From the IMG/VR virus record IMGVR_UViG_3300020045_004509, positions 32,001 through 96,000 of that record: a stretch of 64,000 nucleotides of DNA; one strand, given 5' to 3'. Below, one piece after another: positions 22,029 to 31,750 of the stretch. A program made the translations under genes and the position numbers. The notes below the pieces were generated by a model. The model saw nothing but the letters and a program-made list of their open reading frames with translations. It searched no databases and was not told the origin of the DNA. Each line of letters opens with the position of its first letter. Position 1 is the first letter of the stretch. The DNA is from a virus.

Positions 22029-23159
22029 TTAGGCTCTAAACCATGTACTAATACCAACATTATTTGTATAATATACCCACGAAACAGAAGTTCCCCCATC
22101 TAATGAAGTAATAGCCCCTGAAATATTAGTCGATGGGGTTTGTAATGTGATAGAAGTAATATCATTAAATGTCGTTATTGTAAACTTTCTACCAACTTGA
22201 TTAGCAGTATTACCATACAAATCTGGAAATTTAATTGTTAATGCAGCAGTAACTGATGATGAATCAATAATCAAAACTTCAGTATTAAATGCTGATGTTA
22301 TCAAGGAAGCAGATACTGGGTTTGGTACATATTGCACTTTACTTAATGTTCCCCCTGTTGGCTCAACACTTCCTGGAAAATGTATATTACCTTCATTACT
22401 GATTTCCATTCTTAATTCACCATCAGAACCAGATGGCATAGAATTCCAATTTGTCCAAGCTGAGGTATCCCGAATCTGGAATTCCCCAGTGTATGCAGTT
22501 CGAACTGAATATGATCTATTGGTTGCAGTATTACTTGATTCTAAAATTAGGGCAGATTCTCTTCCTGCACTTGATGCAACCCTAAGTGTTCCCCCTGCAG
22601 CCCCAGCAACCCCAATTACATCCCCTTGATAGAAGAATAAATTTGGCCCCCATGCCCAATCTGGGGCAGTATTTGTTGCAGAAGGGGGTGCCCAATCAAT
22701 ACCCCAGAAATTCATTCCTGATGCTCCTTCAGCAACGTCAAATCGCATAGCAACACATGAACTTGCAGTTGTTCCCGCAACATCTCTTGCTCCTGATGCT
22801 GGGGGATACACAGAATATGGATTCAAGGGGGTGTTATATGTGATTCCCCATCCCCATTCAGCAGCATTATGATATTGTCGCCATTTACCAAACTTAGCTT
22901 CCCCTCCAGAATATGTAGAAGATTCTTTGAATGGTTTTGATAAATCTGGTACATCAATCAAAGGGGTATTGAATACTACCCCTGATTTAATCGCTGAATT
23001 TGTTACTTCAATTGTATTGAATTCCGCTTTGATGTTTGCCTTCAATTCGGTCAACGTAACATCTTTAGCTATACCAGAATCATTCATTATAATCTGTTCT
23101 GTTCCAATTAAGGTTCCTGATGTTTTATTTGGTAAACTAGCAAAATCTATATCAGCCAT
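22029..23159 (-). CDS. Tail fibre protein
   Basis: First ~40 aa near-identical to 19842-22001; in baseplate/fibre operon. Confidence 0.65.
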   Translation of the reverse strand: MADIDFASLPNKTSGTLIGTEQIIMNDSGIAKDVTLTELKANIKAEFNTIEVTNSAIKSGVVFNTPLIDVPDLSKPFKESSTYSGGEAKFGKWRQYHNAAEWGWGITYNTPLNPYSVYPPASGARDVAGTTASSCVAMRFDVAEGASGMNFWGIDWAPPSATNTAPDWAWGPNLFFYQGDVIGVAGAAGGTLRVASSAGRESALILESSNTATNRSYSVRTAYTGEFQIRDTSAWTNWNSMPSGSDGELRMEISNEGNIHFPGSVEPTGGTLSKVQYVPNPVSASLITSAFNTEVLIIDSSSVTAALTIKFPDLYGNTANQVGRKFTITTFNDITSITLQTPSTNISGAITSLDGGTSVSWVYYTNNVGISTWFRA

Positions 23160-23169
23160 AAAATCTTTC

Positions 23170-24717
23170 TTATATTATTGGTACAACTACTGTATCAGAA
23201 CCAAACACTAAACTATCCCCATTCATTGTTGGGGTTCCATCAGCAACATGCATTTCATCAATAATTCCAGGATCAAACGCATAATCTTCAGCAAAATACG
23301 CATCTGTTAATTGAGCAATATTCTGAACAATATTTCCATCAAACACTACAGAATCATTTCCAAATCCAACATCAAATTCAAATGTCTGTTTATATGGGGT
23401 TACATACAGATTATTTTGATTCAGAACAGATTGAAGATTCTTATCAATTGTCTTACCAATAGAATCTGTTACTACAATAGAATCAAATAGATTCACGTTA
23501 ATAGTATTACATGTATGGATCAGTTCAATTTCATTATTGATGTCAATTACTGCAATCTTATCAAGGAATGAAAAATATTTCACCCCCGCAGGATGAACGA
23601 TCTTATGAACATTCTGATAATCTGCAACTTGATTTTGGGTATGGATTACATATGAAAATAACTGATAATATAATCCGTCATGAAGTCTAATATTAGGGGA
23701 TGAAATGGTTCCCTTATCAGAAATCAATTTACCAAACGTTTTAGAAATCAGGGAAGTATCAAGTTTTATAATAGTTTGAGAATCAAACCACTGTTCAGGG
23801 GAATTTGCATCAGCTTCCCCTGAAAATGGGGAAATAGCAAATGTGTTATTTGAATCATATATCGCATTATTTCCTAAAAATATCACATTATTATTTCCAA
23901 AGGTAATATTAAAAGGAAGGGATTGATTATTTGTCGTGAACCCATAGTCAATGATATTAACTTTTTCTAATGTACCTTGATCCCCAACCCTTGCAACTTG
24001 ACAAATAGTCTTTTTTTGGTTTGTGTCAATAGTAAAACATTGTCCAACTTGCCAATACTTTCCCCCATCTATAACAGAAATAGAAGATGGAAATGTTGAA
24101 AACAATGGCCCAAAGAAATCAAGATGATCGTCAGTATATACTTTTACTAATTGATTTTGTGTTACTGAAAGATCAATATATGATGTAAAGAAGATTCTGT
24201 TTAGGGTAAGATTCTTTTCAACTTTGTTTATTTTGAATTTACGGGGGGAACCATCAAATTGAATGTAGTTTGATGAATCTAAAATGACTCCATCTTGTAC
24301 TTGAACAGTGACAATCGTATCCTGAACCCATCGACCATCAGATGCCTTTAGAATGTTTTCCTTGGGATGTTCAATTGATATTTCTTCTCCATAGACAATT
24401 CTAAAAAGAAGTTTTATGGAGTTTTCTGAACCTTTGGATTTGTATAGATCATAGACATGCTTTGCGACTAATCTACGATCAACAGCAATATTCTTTGGAA
24501 TACCCTTTAGTTCTTCAAAGAATGATTCAATAAAATCTAAAGCTGAACTATCTGAATCGGCAAAAGCTAAAACATCTTGAATGCATTTCTGAATCGCGGT
24601 TTCTTCTTGGAACTCATAGTAGTAATCTAAGAACGAAATAAATAGAGGATTATTATCTCTAATATGACGGGGAATCTGATTTCTAACAAGATGCTTGGCA
24701 GTAAATCCAGTATTCAT
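23170..24717 (-). CDS. Baseplate wedge protein (gp7-like)
   Basis: QIPRHIRD.NPLFISFLDYYYEF, LYKSKGSENSIKLLFRIVYGE, ILKASDGRW, YYQLFSYVI, HPAG. Confidence 0.75.
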   Translation of the reverse strand: MNTGFTAKHLVRNQIPRHIRDNNPLFISFLDYYYEFQEETAIQKCIQDVLAFADSDSSALDFIESFFEELKGIPKNIAVDRRLVAKHVYDLYKSKGSENSIKLLFRIVYGEEISIEHPKENILKASDGRWVQDTIVTVQVQDGVILDSSNYIQFDGSPRKFKINKVEKNLTLNRIFFTSYIDLSVTQNQLVKVYTDDHLDFFGPLFSTFPSSISVIDGGKYWQVGQCFTIDTNQKKTICQVARVGDQGTLEKVNIIDYGFTTNNQSLPFNITFGNNNVIFLGNNAIYDSNNTFAISPFSGEADANSPEQWFDSQTIIKLDTSLISKTFGKLISDKGTISSPNIRLHDGLYYQLFSYVIHTQNQVADYQNVHKIVHPAGVKYFSFLDKIAVIDINNEIELIHTCNTINVNLFDSIVVTDSIGKTIDKNLQSVLNQNNLYVTPYKQTFEFDVGFGNDSVVFDGNIVQNIAQLTDAYFAEDYAFDPGIIDEMHVADGTPTMNGDSLVFGSDTVVVPII

Positions 24718-24753
24718 TATTGCGGTTTCTTCTTGAAATTCATAATAGTAATC
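24718..24753 (-). repeat. 36-nt synonymous-variant copy of 24592-24627; predicted TnpB guide
   Basis: GATTACTATTATGAATTTCAAGAAGAAACCGCAATA vs gene GATTACTACTATGAGTTCCAAGAAGAAACCGCGATT; 31/36 identical, all differences at third codon positions. Confidence 0.85.
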
Positions 24754-25987
24754 ATGTTGTTTTATCAGGATTAATAAAACTAACTAAACATTTCAACGAA
24801 TCTACCTTTGGTGTTTCCAGAAAAGGATTTAATAACTCTCGATGTTTGTAATCGGATAATTCTTCCGATGAAAATCCATAAAGATCATCTAGACCTTTAT
24901 ATAGTATATTTATAGCAGCATTTAGGTCACGATCATGAACAGTATTACATTCAGGACAAATCCATTCCCGTACCGATAGATTCATAGAATCCATCTTGTT
25001 ACCACAACAAGAACAAGTCTTTGAAGATGGAAAGAATCTATCAATTTGATGAAATGTCTTTCCATACCAATTAGACTTGTATGAAATCATTTTTGTTAAT
25101 GTTGACCAAGCAGCATCATGAATAGATTTAGATAGTTTCCTATTCTTAATCATTCCAGCTACATTTAAATCTTCCATCACAATAGTATCATAATTATTCA
25201 CTAGCCAAGAACTTAAATTGTGATATACAAAATTTCTCTGGTTAGAAACTTTCTGATACAGTCTAGCAACTTTAAGTTTCATCTGCTTGTATCTGGAACT
25301 ACCTTTAACTTTTCTACTAAATGCGCGTTGCGCTTTCTTTAGCTTCGCTTGGGTTTTGCGAAACCATCTAGGATTACTTATTTTCATACCACTTGACATG
25401 ATACAAAGGTCTTTTAATCCTAAATCAATACCGATTGAACGACCAGTATTTTGTTTCAATTCTATAGGTTCTTCAACAAGAATTGAAACAAAATATTGAT
25501 TGGATTTATTTTTGGAAACTGTAACAGACTTAGGTTTACCTTGAAATCCACGATTTACTACCATCTTCATAGAAGTCATTTTTGGAAGTTTGATTCTTCC
25601 TGAATCTAAATCAATACTATCATGGTATCTACCCATAGACGCAAATGGTATTCTAAATGAATCATTAGAAACACCTTTCTTTTTGAACGATGGTCTTCCG
25701 AGTTTTATTTTACGCTTCTTGGAAAAATATTGGGTCTTGAAATCTATCCAATCGCGGGTCTTCTGTTGTAGTGCATATGATATAGCATCATGCATCCATT
25801 CATGCCCCACCATATCTTTGATGATCTTTTCATCTTGGGGAATACACGGTCCTTTGTCGTAGTTATTAAAACTAGCAACAAATTGATTCCATAGAAAACG
25901 TACTGCTCCAAAATTTCTATCAAGAAAGTTAGCTTGATCCTTAGTAGGATAGATTCTATATTTGAATGCCTTTAGAACTGTTTTCAT
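24752..25987 (-). CDS. tnpB: RNA-guided endonuclease TnpB (IS200/IS605 family), no transposase adjacent
   Basis: KAFKYRIYPT HTH, RuvC-I GIDLG, RuvC-II VMEDL, Zn finger CSCCG...CPECN, RuvC-III DRDLNAAINI; all three acidic catalytic residues present. Confidence 0.93.
   Translation of the reverse strand: MKTVLKAFKYRIYPTKDQANFLDRNFGAVRFLWNQFVASFNNYDKGPCIPQDEKIIKDMVGHEWMHDAISYALQQKTRDWIDFKTQYFSKKRKIKLGRPSFKKKGVSNDSFRIPFASMGRYHDSIDLDSGRIKLPKMTSMKMVVNRGFQGKPKSVTVSKNKSNQYFVSILVEEPIELKQNTGRSIGIDLGLKDLCIMSSGMKISNPRWFRKTQAKLKKAQRAFSRKVKGSSRYKQMKLKVARLYQKVSNQRNFVYHNLSSWLVNNYDTIVMEDLNVAGMIKNRKLSKSIHDAAWSTLTKMISYKSNWYGKTFHQIDRFFPSSKTCSCCGNKMDSMNLSVREWICPECNTVHDRDLNAAINILYKGLDDLYGFSSEELSDYKHRELLNPFLETPKVDSLKCLVSFINPDKTT
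24754..24880 (-). ncRNA. Putative omega/reRNA scaffold overlapping the tnpB 3' end
   Basis: Hairpins ATCGGA/TCCGAT, AAACAT/ATGTTT, CCTTT/AAAGG and terminal GTT-A-GTTTTATTA-ATCC-TGATAAAAC-AAC just before the guide; boundaries approximate. Confidence 0.55.
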
Positions 25988-25989
25988 TT

Positions 25990-27759
25990 TTATGATTGAT
26001 TAACTTGTATATTTAGATCAGAAGTTTCAGAAACCAAAATATTATTCTTGGATGGAACAATGATCTTACTATCGGGGGTTACTGTAATCTTCAACACAGT
26101 ATCATCAGATGACAAAATATTATCAGTAATTGTAATAATACCAGCATTGTAATCAATCGTCCCAATATTTTCTTTTACGTTTAATCTTGTATTATTGACT
26201 ATCTGATATGCATAGATACTACCAGATGAATCTGTTAGATACACATCAATATCAGGGAAATCAGTCAGCTTAAACTTATTAGATACCACATTAGAAGTTT
26301 TAGAATTGGATGGTACTAATGAAGTATTAAAGTCAAATACATATTGATTTGATACCCCAAAGATAAAATCAATTTCTTTTCTTAGATAAAACTTTGTATC
26401 ATTAGCCAAGAATGATTGGTCAATATTATCAATGAACCCAATCAACTTTGAATATTCAAAAGTAGAATTGAATCTATTCAAAGTAGATGTAGTATATGCC
26501 ACAATATTACTTTGTACCTTAGTTGTTACATCTGATGCACTCATTACGGTTCTATCAGCATCATATTTAACTTTGGTATCAATGATCAGATACATATATT
26601 CAGGATCAAGAAACTCATGGGATAATGCCAGAACAGATTTCTTTTTCAGAACAGAATCAATTGTGTTCTTTTGTTCAGTCGATAATGTTTCAGTAGTTCC
26701 TGCTAATTTTACCGAAATGAATACCTTTCCATAGATTGGATTTGCTAAAGTTTCCCCCCCAAATACAGCAATAGTATCTAAAGGATAGATAGCAGAAATG
26801 ATAGATTCATAATCCTTTTCTGTGACAGCCCGATCTTGCGTCAGAACTTTTGCTTGGGCGTTCAACCGAATCGAATCATTGGATTCAGAAACCATTCCTC
26901 CAAATGCTTCTTGAATAAGGGTAGTTGTTACATTAGAATAACCATTTACTGAGTCTGCAAACGTAAATGATTTAGTTCCATTAGCCAAATCCCCATTAGT
27001 TACTACATAATCAAGAATAACAATATTACCATTAGTCAATTCTGTTCCAATGATACCATCCCCAAAATATACTTCATAGTTCAGGGTTTCGTTGATCTTA
27101 ACAAAATATGCATTGGTTGTTGAAGTAACATCGGTGATAGATTCATATCGTTTGAATTCAGTTACTGTTGTGGTTGTACCTGATTCTTGAACAGATACCT
27201 TCAACAATGAAATATCAACATACTTAGATGGAATAACAAAACGTTGAGGGGTTGATGTTTCCACAACATATCTAAAAGTTGTATTAGTTCCTTCATAGAT
27301 ACTGATCGATGGAAAGATGTATCTTCCCCCGCTTGGAAAAATTGTAATCGCTTCCCTATTGATGAATGTTGTTATATCGTTTGTTGCTAATGTTGCATTG
27401 AATCTTGCATTCTTTCCTAATGTCAGAAAATCAGGAAGAGGGGTTGTTGGAAAGACTTCCAATGATACCTTTGCTTGAGGGGCAACATAAGATTTTGGGG
27501 TATATCCAAGACGTTTTGCAATTAAGGATAAAGATTCTTTCTTGACAGCAGTATCCAAGAACATTTCTTGAACTAACATATTACCAATGACTGCATTGTA
27601 ATGGGTGTTGTATGCAAGAAGATCAATTAGAACAGATAGTCCAGAACCTTCAAAGTTGTAATCGGTGAATTCAGGTTTAGATGAAAGAAAGGTCTTTAGA
27701 TTGGCTTTGATGGTGTCAAAATCAAGCTCAGTGACCCGAATATTAGATGGGATGCTCAA
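25990..27759 (-). CDS. 6: Baseplate wedge subunit gp6
   Basis: ELDFDTIKANLK.FL...EFTDYNFEGSGLSVLIDLLAYNTHY, QDRAVT..DY, YGKVFIS. Confidence 0.93.
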   Translation of the reverse strand: MSIPSNIRVTELDFDTIKANLKTFLSSKPEFTDYNFEGSGLSVLIDLLAYNTHYNAVIGNMLVQEMFLDTAVKKESLSLIAKRLGYTPKSYVAPQAKVSLEVFPTTPLPDFLTLGKNARFNATLATNDITTFINREAITIFPSGGRYIFPSISIYEGTNTTFRYVVETSTPQRFVIPSKYVDISLLKVSVQESGTTTTVTEFKRYESITDVTSTTNAYFVKINETLNYEVYFGDGIIGTELTNGNIVILDYVVTNGDLANGTKSFTFADSVNGYSNVTTTLIQEAFGGMVSESNDSIRLNAQAKVLTQDRAVTEKDYESIISAIYPLDTIAVFGGETLANPIYGKVFISVKLAGTTETLSTEQKNTIDSVLKKKSVLALSHEFLDPEYMYLIIDTKVKYDADRTVMSASDVTTKVQSNIVAYTTSTLNRFNSTFEYSKLIGFIDNIDQSFLANDTKFYLRKEIDFIFGVSNQYVFDFNTSLVPSNSKTSNVVSNKFKLTDFPDIDVYLTDSSGSIYAYQIVNNTRLNVKENIGTIDYNAGIITITDNILSSDDTVLKITVTPDSKIIVPSKNNILVSETSDLNIQVNQS

Positions 27760-28163
27760 AGTGTTCTCTCCAAGAAAAACGTCGTCTTGATCGTTTCAAG
27801 GGTTCCAACAATCCTAAAAACTAACAAGACAGAAATAGCAGAATTATCTTCATCAGGACTTACTTCAACCAAAAGAACTTCTACCCTTGGTTCAAAGTTG
27901 TTGATACAATATACAATAGTACGTTGAAGAATATCTGCAATAGTTGGGGTTAATGGTTCAAATAGTAAATCATACACTTGGGAACTAAGTTCTGGATGAA
28001 ATGGTCTTTCATACATTCCAGTCATAACTAAGTTCTTGATAGACGCTATAATAGCATTCACATTTGTTTTCTTCAGAATATCATCAGAAACTGGATGTTT
28101 ACCCATTGATAAATCTAAATCAATGAATCTATTATTGGTTGTCTTGATGATTACAGAAGACAT
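27756..28163 (-). CDS. 25: Baseplate wedge subunit gp25
   Basis: DLDLS..KHPVS.DI, AI..SIKNLV.T..YERPFHPE, NFEPRV, FLERTL. Confidence 0.9.
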   Translation of the reverse strand: MSSVIIKTTNNRFIDLDLSMGKHPVSDDILKKTNVNAIIASIKNLVMTGMYERPFHPELSSQVYDLLFEPLTPTIADILQRTIVYCINNFEPRVEVLLVEVSPDEDNSAISVLLVFRIVGTLETIKTTFFLERTL

Positions 28164-28164
28164 C

Positions 28165-28599
28165 TTATCGCTCAATCATCTTATCAAAACCCAAATCACC
28201 ATCTTCATATTCATTACCGTTATCAGTTTGTTTACGTTTGATCCTTGGGGTAGATGCATCAATACCAGCGGATACATTAGCTGGGGCTTCCCCTTCTTCA
28301 GAAATGATTCTAATAGCATGTTCAATCAGACATTCTTCTTCAGGAAGTAAAAGTTTATTTTCGATAATCAATGCTACCACATCATCAAACTTAGATACAA
28401 TGTGTTCCAATCTAGCATCTAACACTTCATCATTATGTCGGGAATTCAGAAGCAACAACATAGCAGATAACTTAACAGCATAATCTACCCCATCATCCTT
28501 TTCAAGAATGTTAGATAGTTTGTCGGATACCAATTTCTGATCATCTGATTTAGGATCAAAAAATGACTGAATAAATTCGGTTGCTTGGTTCTTGTTCAT
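28165..28599 (-). CDS. Conserved T4-like hypothetical late protein
   Basis: EEGEAPANVSAG motif; start likely MNKNQ. Confidence 0.55.
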   Translation of the reverse strand: MNKNQATEFIQSFFDPKSDDQKLVSDKLSNILEKDDGVDYAVKLSAMLLLLNSRHNDEVLDARLEHIVSKFDDVVALIIENKLLLPEEECLIEHAIRIISEEGEAPANVSAGIDASTPRIKRKQTDNGNEYEDGDLGFDKMIER

Positions 28600-28600
28600 G

Positions 28601-28957
28601 TTAGATTTTCTGTAAATTCTCAATTGTTACTATATTTAATGTAACACAAAGTTGATCAACATTATGATTCGTCATCCCAAGAACCATAATCATTGGTATC
28701 AAATGTTCTAAAACATCAGGTTCATCTATCTTATACAATAACATATCTGTTCCAAATGCCCCAAAGCAGTTATAGAAAATAACAAGATGATTCATTATTC
28801 TTCTTAGATTCAATCCATCAATATTATATCTACGGATAGCCTTTTTGATATACATTGGACTTGCTATATCCCGATTGAACTCTTCAATAGTCAAACAAGA
28901 TGAATTGGTATATGCATTCATTGCTTTTTGTAGATATTCAGCTTCGGATTTGATCAT
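28601..28957 (-). CDS. Conserved T4-like hypothetical protein
   Basis: AMNAY.N..C...EEF..D...YIKK..RRY.....RRIMNHLVIFYNCFG pattern. Confidence 0.7.
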   Translation of the reverse strand: MIKSEAEYLQKAMNAYTNSSCLTIEEFNRDIASPMYIKKAIRRYNIDGLNLRRIMNHLVIFYNCFGAFGTDMLLYKIDEPDVLEHLIPMIMVLGMTNHNVDQLCVTLNIVTIENLQKI

Positions 28958-29003
28958 GGTAAATAGTAAAGTATTTCAATTTATTATTTAAAGGAACTTT
29001 ATC

Positions 29004-29444
29004 ATGGATGATCTGAATCTTGATCTATCAAGCATTATCAATAGTAGAACTTCATGGGCTATTAACAAACTCATTGCAACCAAATCATCTATTCAACCAT
29101 TCTTTTCATTGGATTCATTCTTTTCTTCTTTGTCTGATGAAGATATTGAATTCCTAACAAAAGAAACAGCAAACACTAACATGGAAGATCATGCTGCATC
29201 AGAACTATTTTTGATGAGTCTTCTTTTAGCCAAAGCAGAAGGACTTGCTACCCCTAATGATGATATTCTTGTTCAAAGATTTGAATCATTGGTGCTTTTG
29301 ATTTCATTGGAATCAATGTACCGAAAAGGGTTTGTTGATTTGGTTCGGGCGAATATGTCATTGGGGGAAGATGCTGCCCAATTGATGTTAGCAAAGACTA
29401 CTGATAAGGGTCTTGCATTTTTTGAACAAGCATTGGGAGAATAA
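29004..29444 (+). CDS. Hypothetical protein
   Basis: ORF with AAGGA SD. Confidence 0.65.
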   Translation: MDDLNLDLSSIINSRTSWAINKLIATKSSIQPFFSLDSFFSSLSDEDIEFLTKETANTNMEDHAASELFLMSLLLAKAEGLATPNDDILVQRFESLVLLISLESMYRKGFVDLVRANMSLGEDAAQLMLAKTTDKGLAFFEQALGE

Positions 29445-29446
29445 TC

Positions 29447-29914
29447 ATGGTTGATCAAACTAACCGCAAATGTATCACATTCTATGAACTTCTGAAAATC
29501 GCTTCCGAAAAAGAAGACAAAGTTTCTTGGTTCAAGGAAAATATGAAATATGATCCAAGAATTTTTACTGTTCTTGGTTATGCCCTGAATCCAAATTTCA
29601 AGATGCCATTACCAGACGGAATGCCCCCATATATTCCATCCAATCATGTTCTTGGGGTATCCCCATTAGAAATTCTTACTACCCATAATAAGATGTATAT
29701 TATGTACAATCGGGAAACAAAACGACATCAGAAAGAGTCAATTTATGTTCAGTGGCTTGAAGATATGGCCCCTGAAGAGGCTGAACTGATGATTAGAATC
29801 AAAGATCAGACCCTGCCAGAAGCATTTGATGGTAAGATCACTATCAATGACTATCTTCAGATTATGGGTTGGTCTAAAGAAGTCTACCAAACCCTAATTT
29901 CTAAGAGGAGTTGA
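29447..29914 (+). CDS. Conserved T4-like hypothetical protein
   Basis: LPDGMPPY.P...KESIYVQWLE...PEEAELMIRIKD. Confidence 0.7.
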   Translation: MVDQTNRKCITFYELLKIASEKEDKVSWFKENMKYDPRIFTVLGYALNPNFKMPLPDGMPPYIPSNHVLGVSPLEILTTHNKMYIMYNRETKRHQKESIYVQWLEDMAPEEAELMIRIKDQTLPEAFDGKITINDYLQIMGWSKEVYQTLISKRS

Positions 29915-30182
29915 TAGAAAGAACTTCTTCGAGTTGTTTTGCAATACTATCGTCTTTGGTGATGATTGTATAATCCCCAATCTTCTTAGCAAGATCATCA
30001 ACAAGGGATTTCAAGCAACTATTTTGCATCAGAAAAGTTTCGTCATGATAAGCCATGTAAGACGTGTCATGAAATTCAAGAACCACTTCAAATGGTTCTT
30101 TTTCTTCGACTACTTTGATTTCTTGAGGGGTCAGAAACCAACCAAGAAACATTCCAGCAAGAAAAATTAAAATATATTCCAT
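29901..30182 (-). CDS. Small membrane-anchored protein
   Basis: N-terminal hydrophobic helix. Confidence 0.6.
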   Translation of the reverse strand: MEYILIFLAGMFLGWFLTPQEIKVVEEKEPFEVVLEFHDTSYMAYHDETFLMQNSCLKSLVDDLAKKIGDYTIITKDDSIAKQLEEVLSINSS

Positions 30183-30631
30183 TATTGTCCTAAAAGTTGA
30201 AGAAGGGATTCGCGGGAAATTGGCTTACTGTAATACTTATACCAAGTAGGTTTCATATCAAATTTTTCGATGATACGCTGAACAATGATTGATTTAGCAT
30301 CAGAATCCATTTCCCAATTTTGATGAAATACTTTGGGGAATTCTGAAACATCAAATGTACGGTTTGGGTCAAGTTTGTAACCCCGAATTGTCAGTTCTTC
30401 AATTAGCCTTTGGTATCGATCTTGAAGAAAGGTCAGTTTGTTGTAGTGAAATTTTACATGCCCAAAATTCAAACAAAACTTAGATGGAATCAACTTAATG
30501 ACATTCTGAATCGGTTTTGCATCAAGACTTCGGCGTAAAGCAGCATAGACCATTGGCAGTTCCCGATATTCGCTCATCAGATGGGAATCCAGAAGAACTT
30601 TAGGGGGAAGATTTGCATTGATTCTTGTCAT
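30182..30631 (-). CDS. denV: Pyrimidine dimer DNA glycosylase/endonuclease V
   Basis: MTRIN...L.DSHLMSEYRELP, GHVKFHYNKL.FL..RY, KPTWYKYY. Confidence 0.92.
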   Translation of the reverse strand: MTRINANLPPKVLLDSHLMSEYRELPMVYAALRRSLDAKPIQNVIKLIPSKFCLNFGHVKFHYNKLTFLQDRYQRLIEELTIRGYKLDPNRTFDVSEFPKVFHQNWEMDSDAKSIIVQRIIEKFDMKPTWYKYYSKPISRESLLQLLGQ

Positions 30632-30668
30632 TTTGTTCCTTTGAAGTTTAAGATGACAAGATTATACA

Positions 30669-31436
30669 TCAATTTCCAGTATAGTTCCCAATCGGTCTTG
30701 GAACATCAAAAAATTCTTCTGTTGTTGTATAGTTGAACGGAACCCCAACCGCGCTTACATCAACTTCTCTTCCTATTTCCCCATACATTGGATCAATCTT
30801 AGTCTTAACTTTCGTAATAACATTGGTATCTTTATCGATCCATCCAAGATATTCAGTCTTAGCAGTAAAGACCAAAGTAGATACGATTTCCCTTCTGGTT
30901 TCCATTAGACCATCAGAAGAATCATTCAGATTGATGCCAGTCATAGTAATCGGAATATCTTGTTCAATACTAAGTTCGGGAATAGCATTGATTGTGATGT
31001 TATATTGAGGGGTAAAGTAAGGAATAATCTGTTCAATAATCTGAAACATATCATCTTGAGTCTTTGTCATGATAGATACTTCAAACGTAATCAGGTATGG
31101 AACCGGAACATATGCAGAAAGAACATTACCGCTTGTATCAGGAAGACAAGCCCGATATTGAGTAAATTTATTCAATTGTCTACTTGGATCATAATTCATC
31201 CCAACAATTTCAAATCCAATTCTGGGTAAAGTAATCAGAACCCGCTCATCAATCTTTGCTTCTTCTTTCAACCGAAGATACCACTTTTCCCGATTACCAT
31301 ATGACAAAGGAACATCAATGATTTGTTCAACAACATTCAGATTATTGTATCGGGAAATCTTGATGTCCGAAAAGATTTTTCCAAATGATACAATGACCTT
31401 TTTGGTAATTGCGTGATAGTAATCGTGAGAAAGCAT
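30669..31436 (-). CDS. 15: Tail completion/sheath stabiliser gp15
   Basis: FG.IFSDI.ISR, VPLSYG.REKW, LPRIGFEI.GMNYD..RQLN, PVPY, QIIEQIIPYFTP. Confidence 0.9.
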   Translation of the reverse strand: MLSHDYYHAITKKVIVSFGKIFSDIKISRYNNLNVVEQIIDVPLSYGNREKWYLRLKEEAKIDERVLITLPRIGFEIVGMNYDPSRQLNKFTQYRACLPDTSGNVLSAYVPVPYLITFEVSIMTKTQDDMFQIIEQIIPYFTPQYNITINAIPELSIEQDIPITMTGINLNDSSDGLMETRREIVSTLVFTAKTEYLGWIDKDTNVITKVKTKIDPMYGEIGREVDVSAVGVPFNYTTTEEFFDVPRPIGNYTGN

Positions 31437-31462
31437 AATAGATGAAGATAGTTATCTATTAT

Positions 31463-31750
31463 TTAGTTTGTGATAGTATCTTCAGAACCAGTAATAATAG
31501 TTGCATCATAGACATCTGACCGAACTTTATCCCCAAGTCTTGCAACCCCTTTTCCATTACAATTTGTATCAGGGGAACAAGTAATAATAGTTGCTGTATG
31601 ACCACAAGCAGCCTTTACCATATCCCCAAGTCTTGCAACCCCTTTTCCATTACAGAATACATCAGGGGATGCAGAAATGATTGTTCCTTTTTGTTTACCA
31701 TGAACTTTACAAACCCCCATTGTCAAATCCCCAAGTCTTGCGGTATTCAT
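31463..31750 (-). CDS. PAAR spike-tip protein (gp5.4-like)
   Basis: Three ARLGD repeats with Cys/His metal ligands. Confidence 0.9.
   Translation of the reverse strand: MNTARLGDLTMGVCKVHGKQKGTIISASPDVFCNGKGVARLGDMVKAACGHTATIITCSPDTNCNGKGVARLGDKVRSDVYDATIITGSEDTITN

Noticed and set aside
24718-25987. Ordinary IS200/IS605 element with a target-site duplication
   Set aside because: No tnpA and no left-end spacer; this family does not make TSDs; both repeat copies lie on one side of tnpB and differ only synonymously
31536-31745. Direct repeats CCCCAAGTCTTGC
   Set aside because: Explained by the three ARLGD repeats of the PAAR protein
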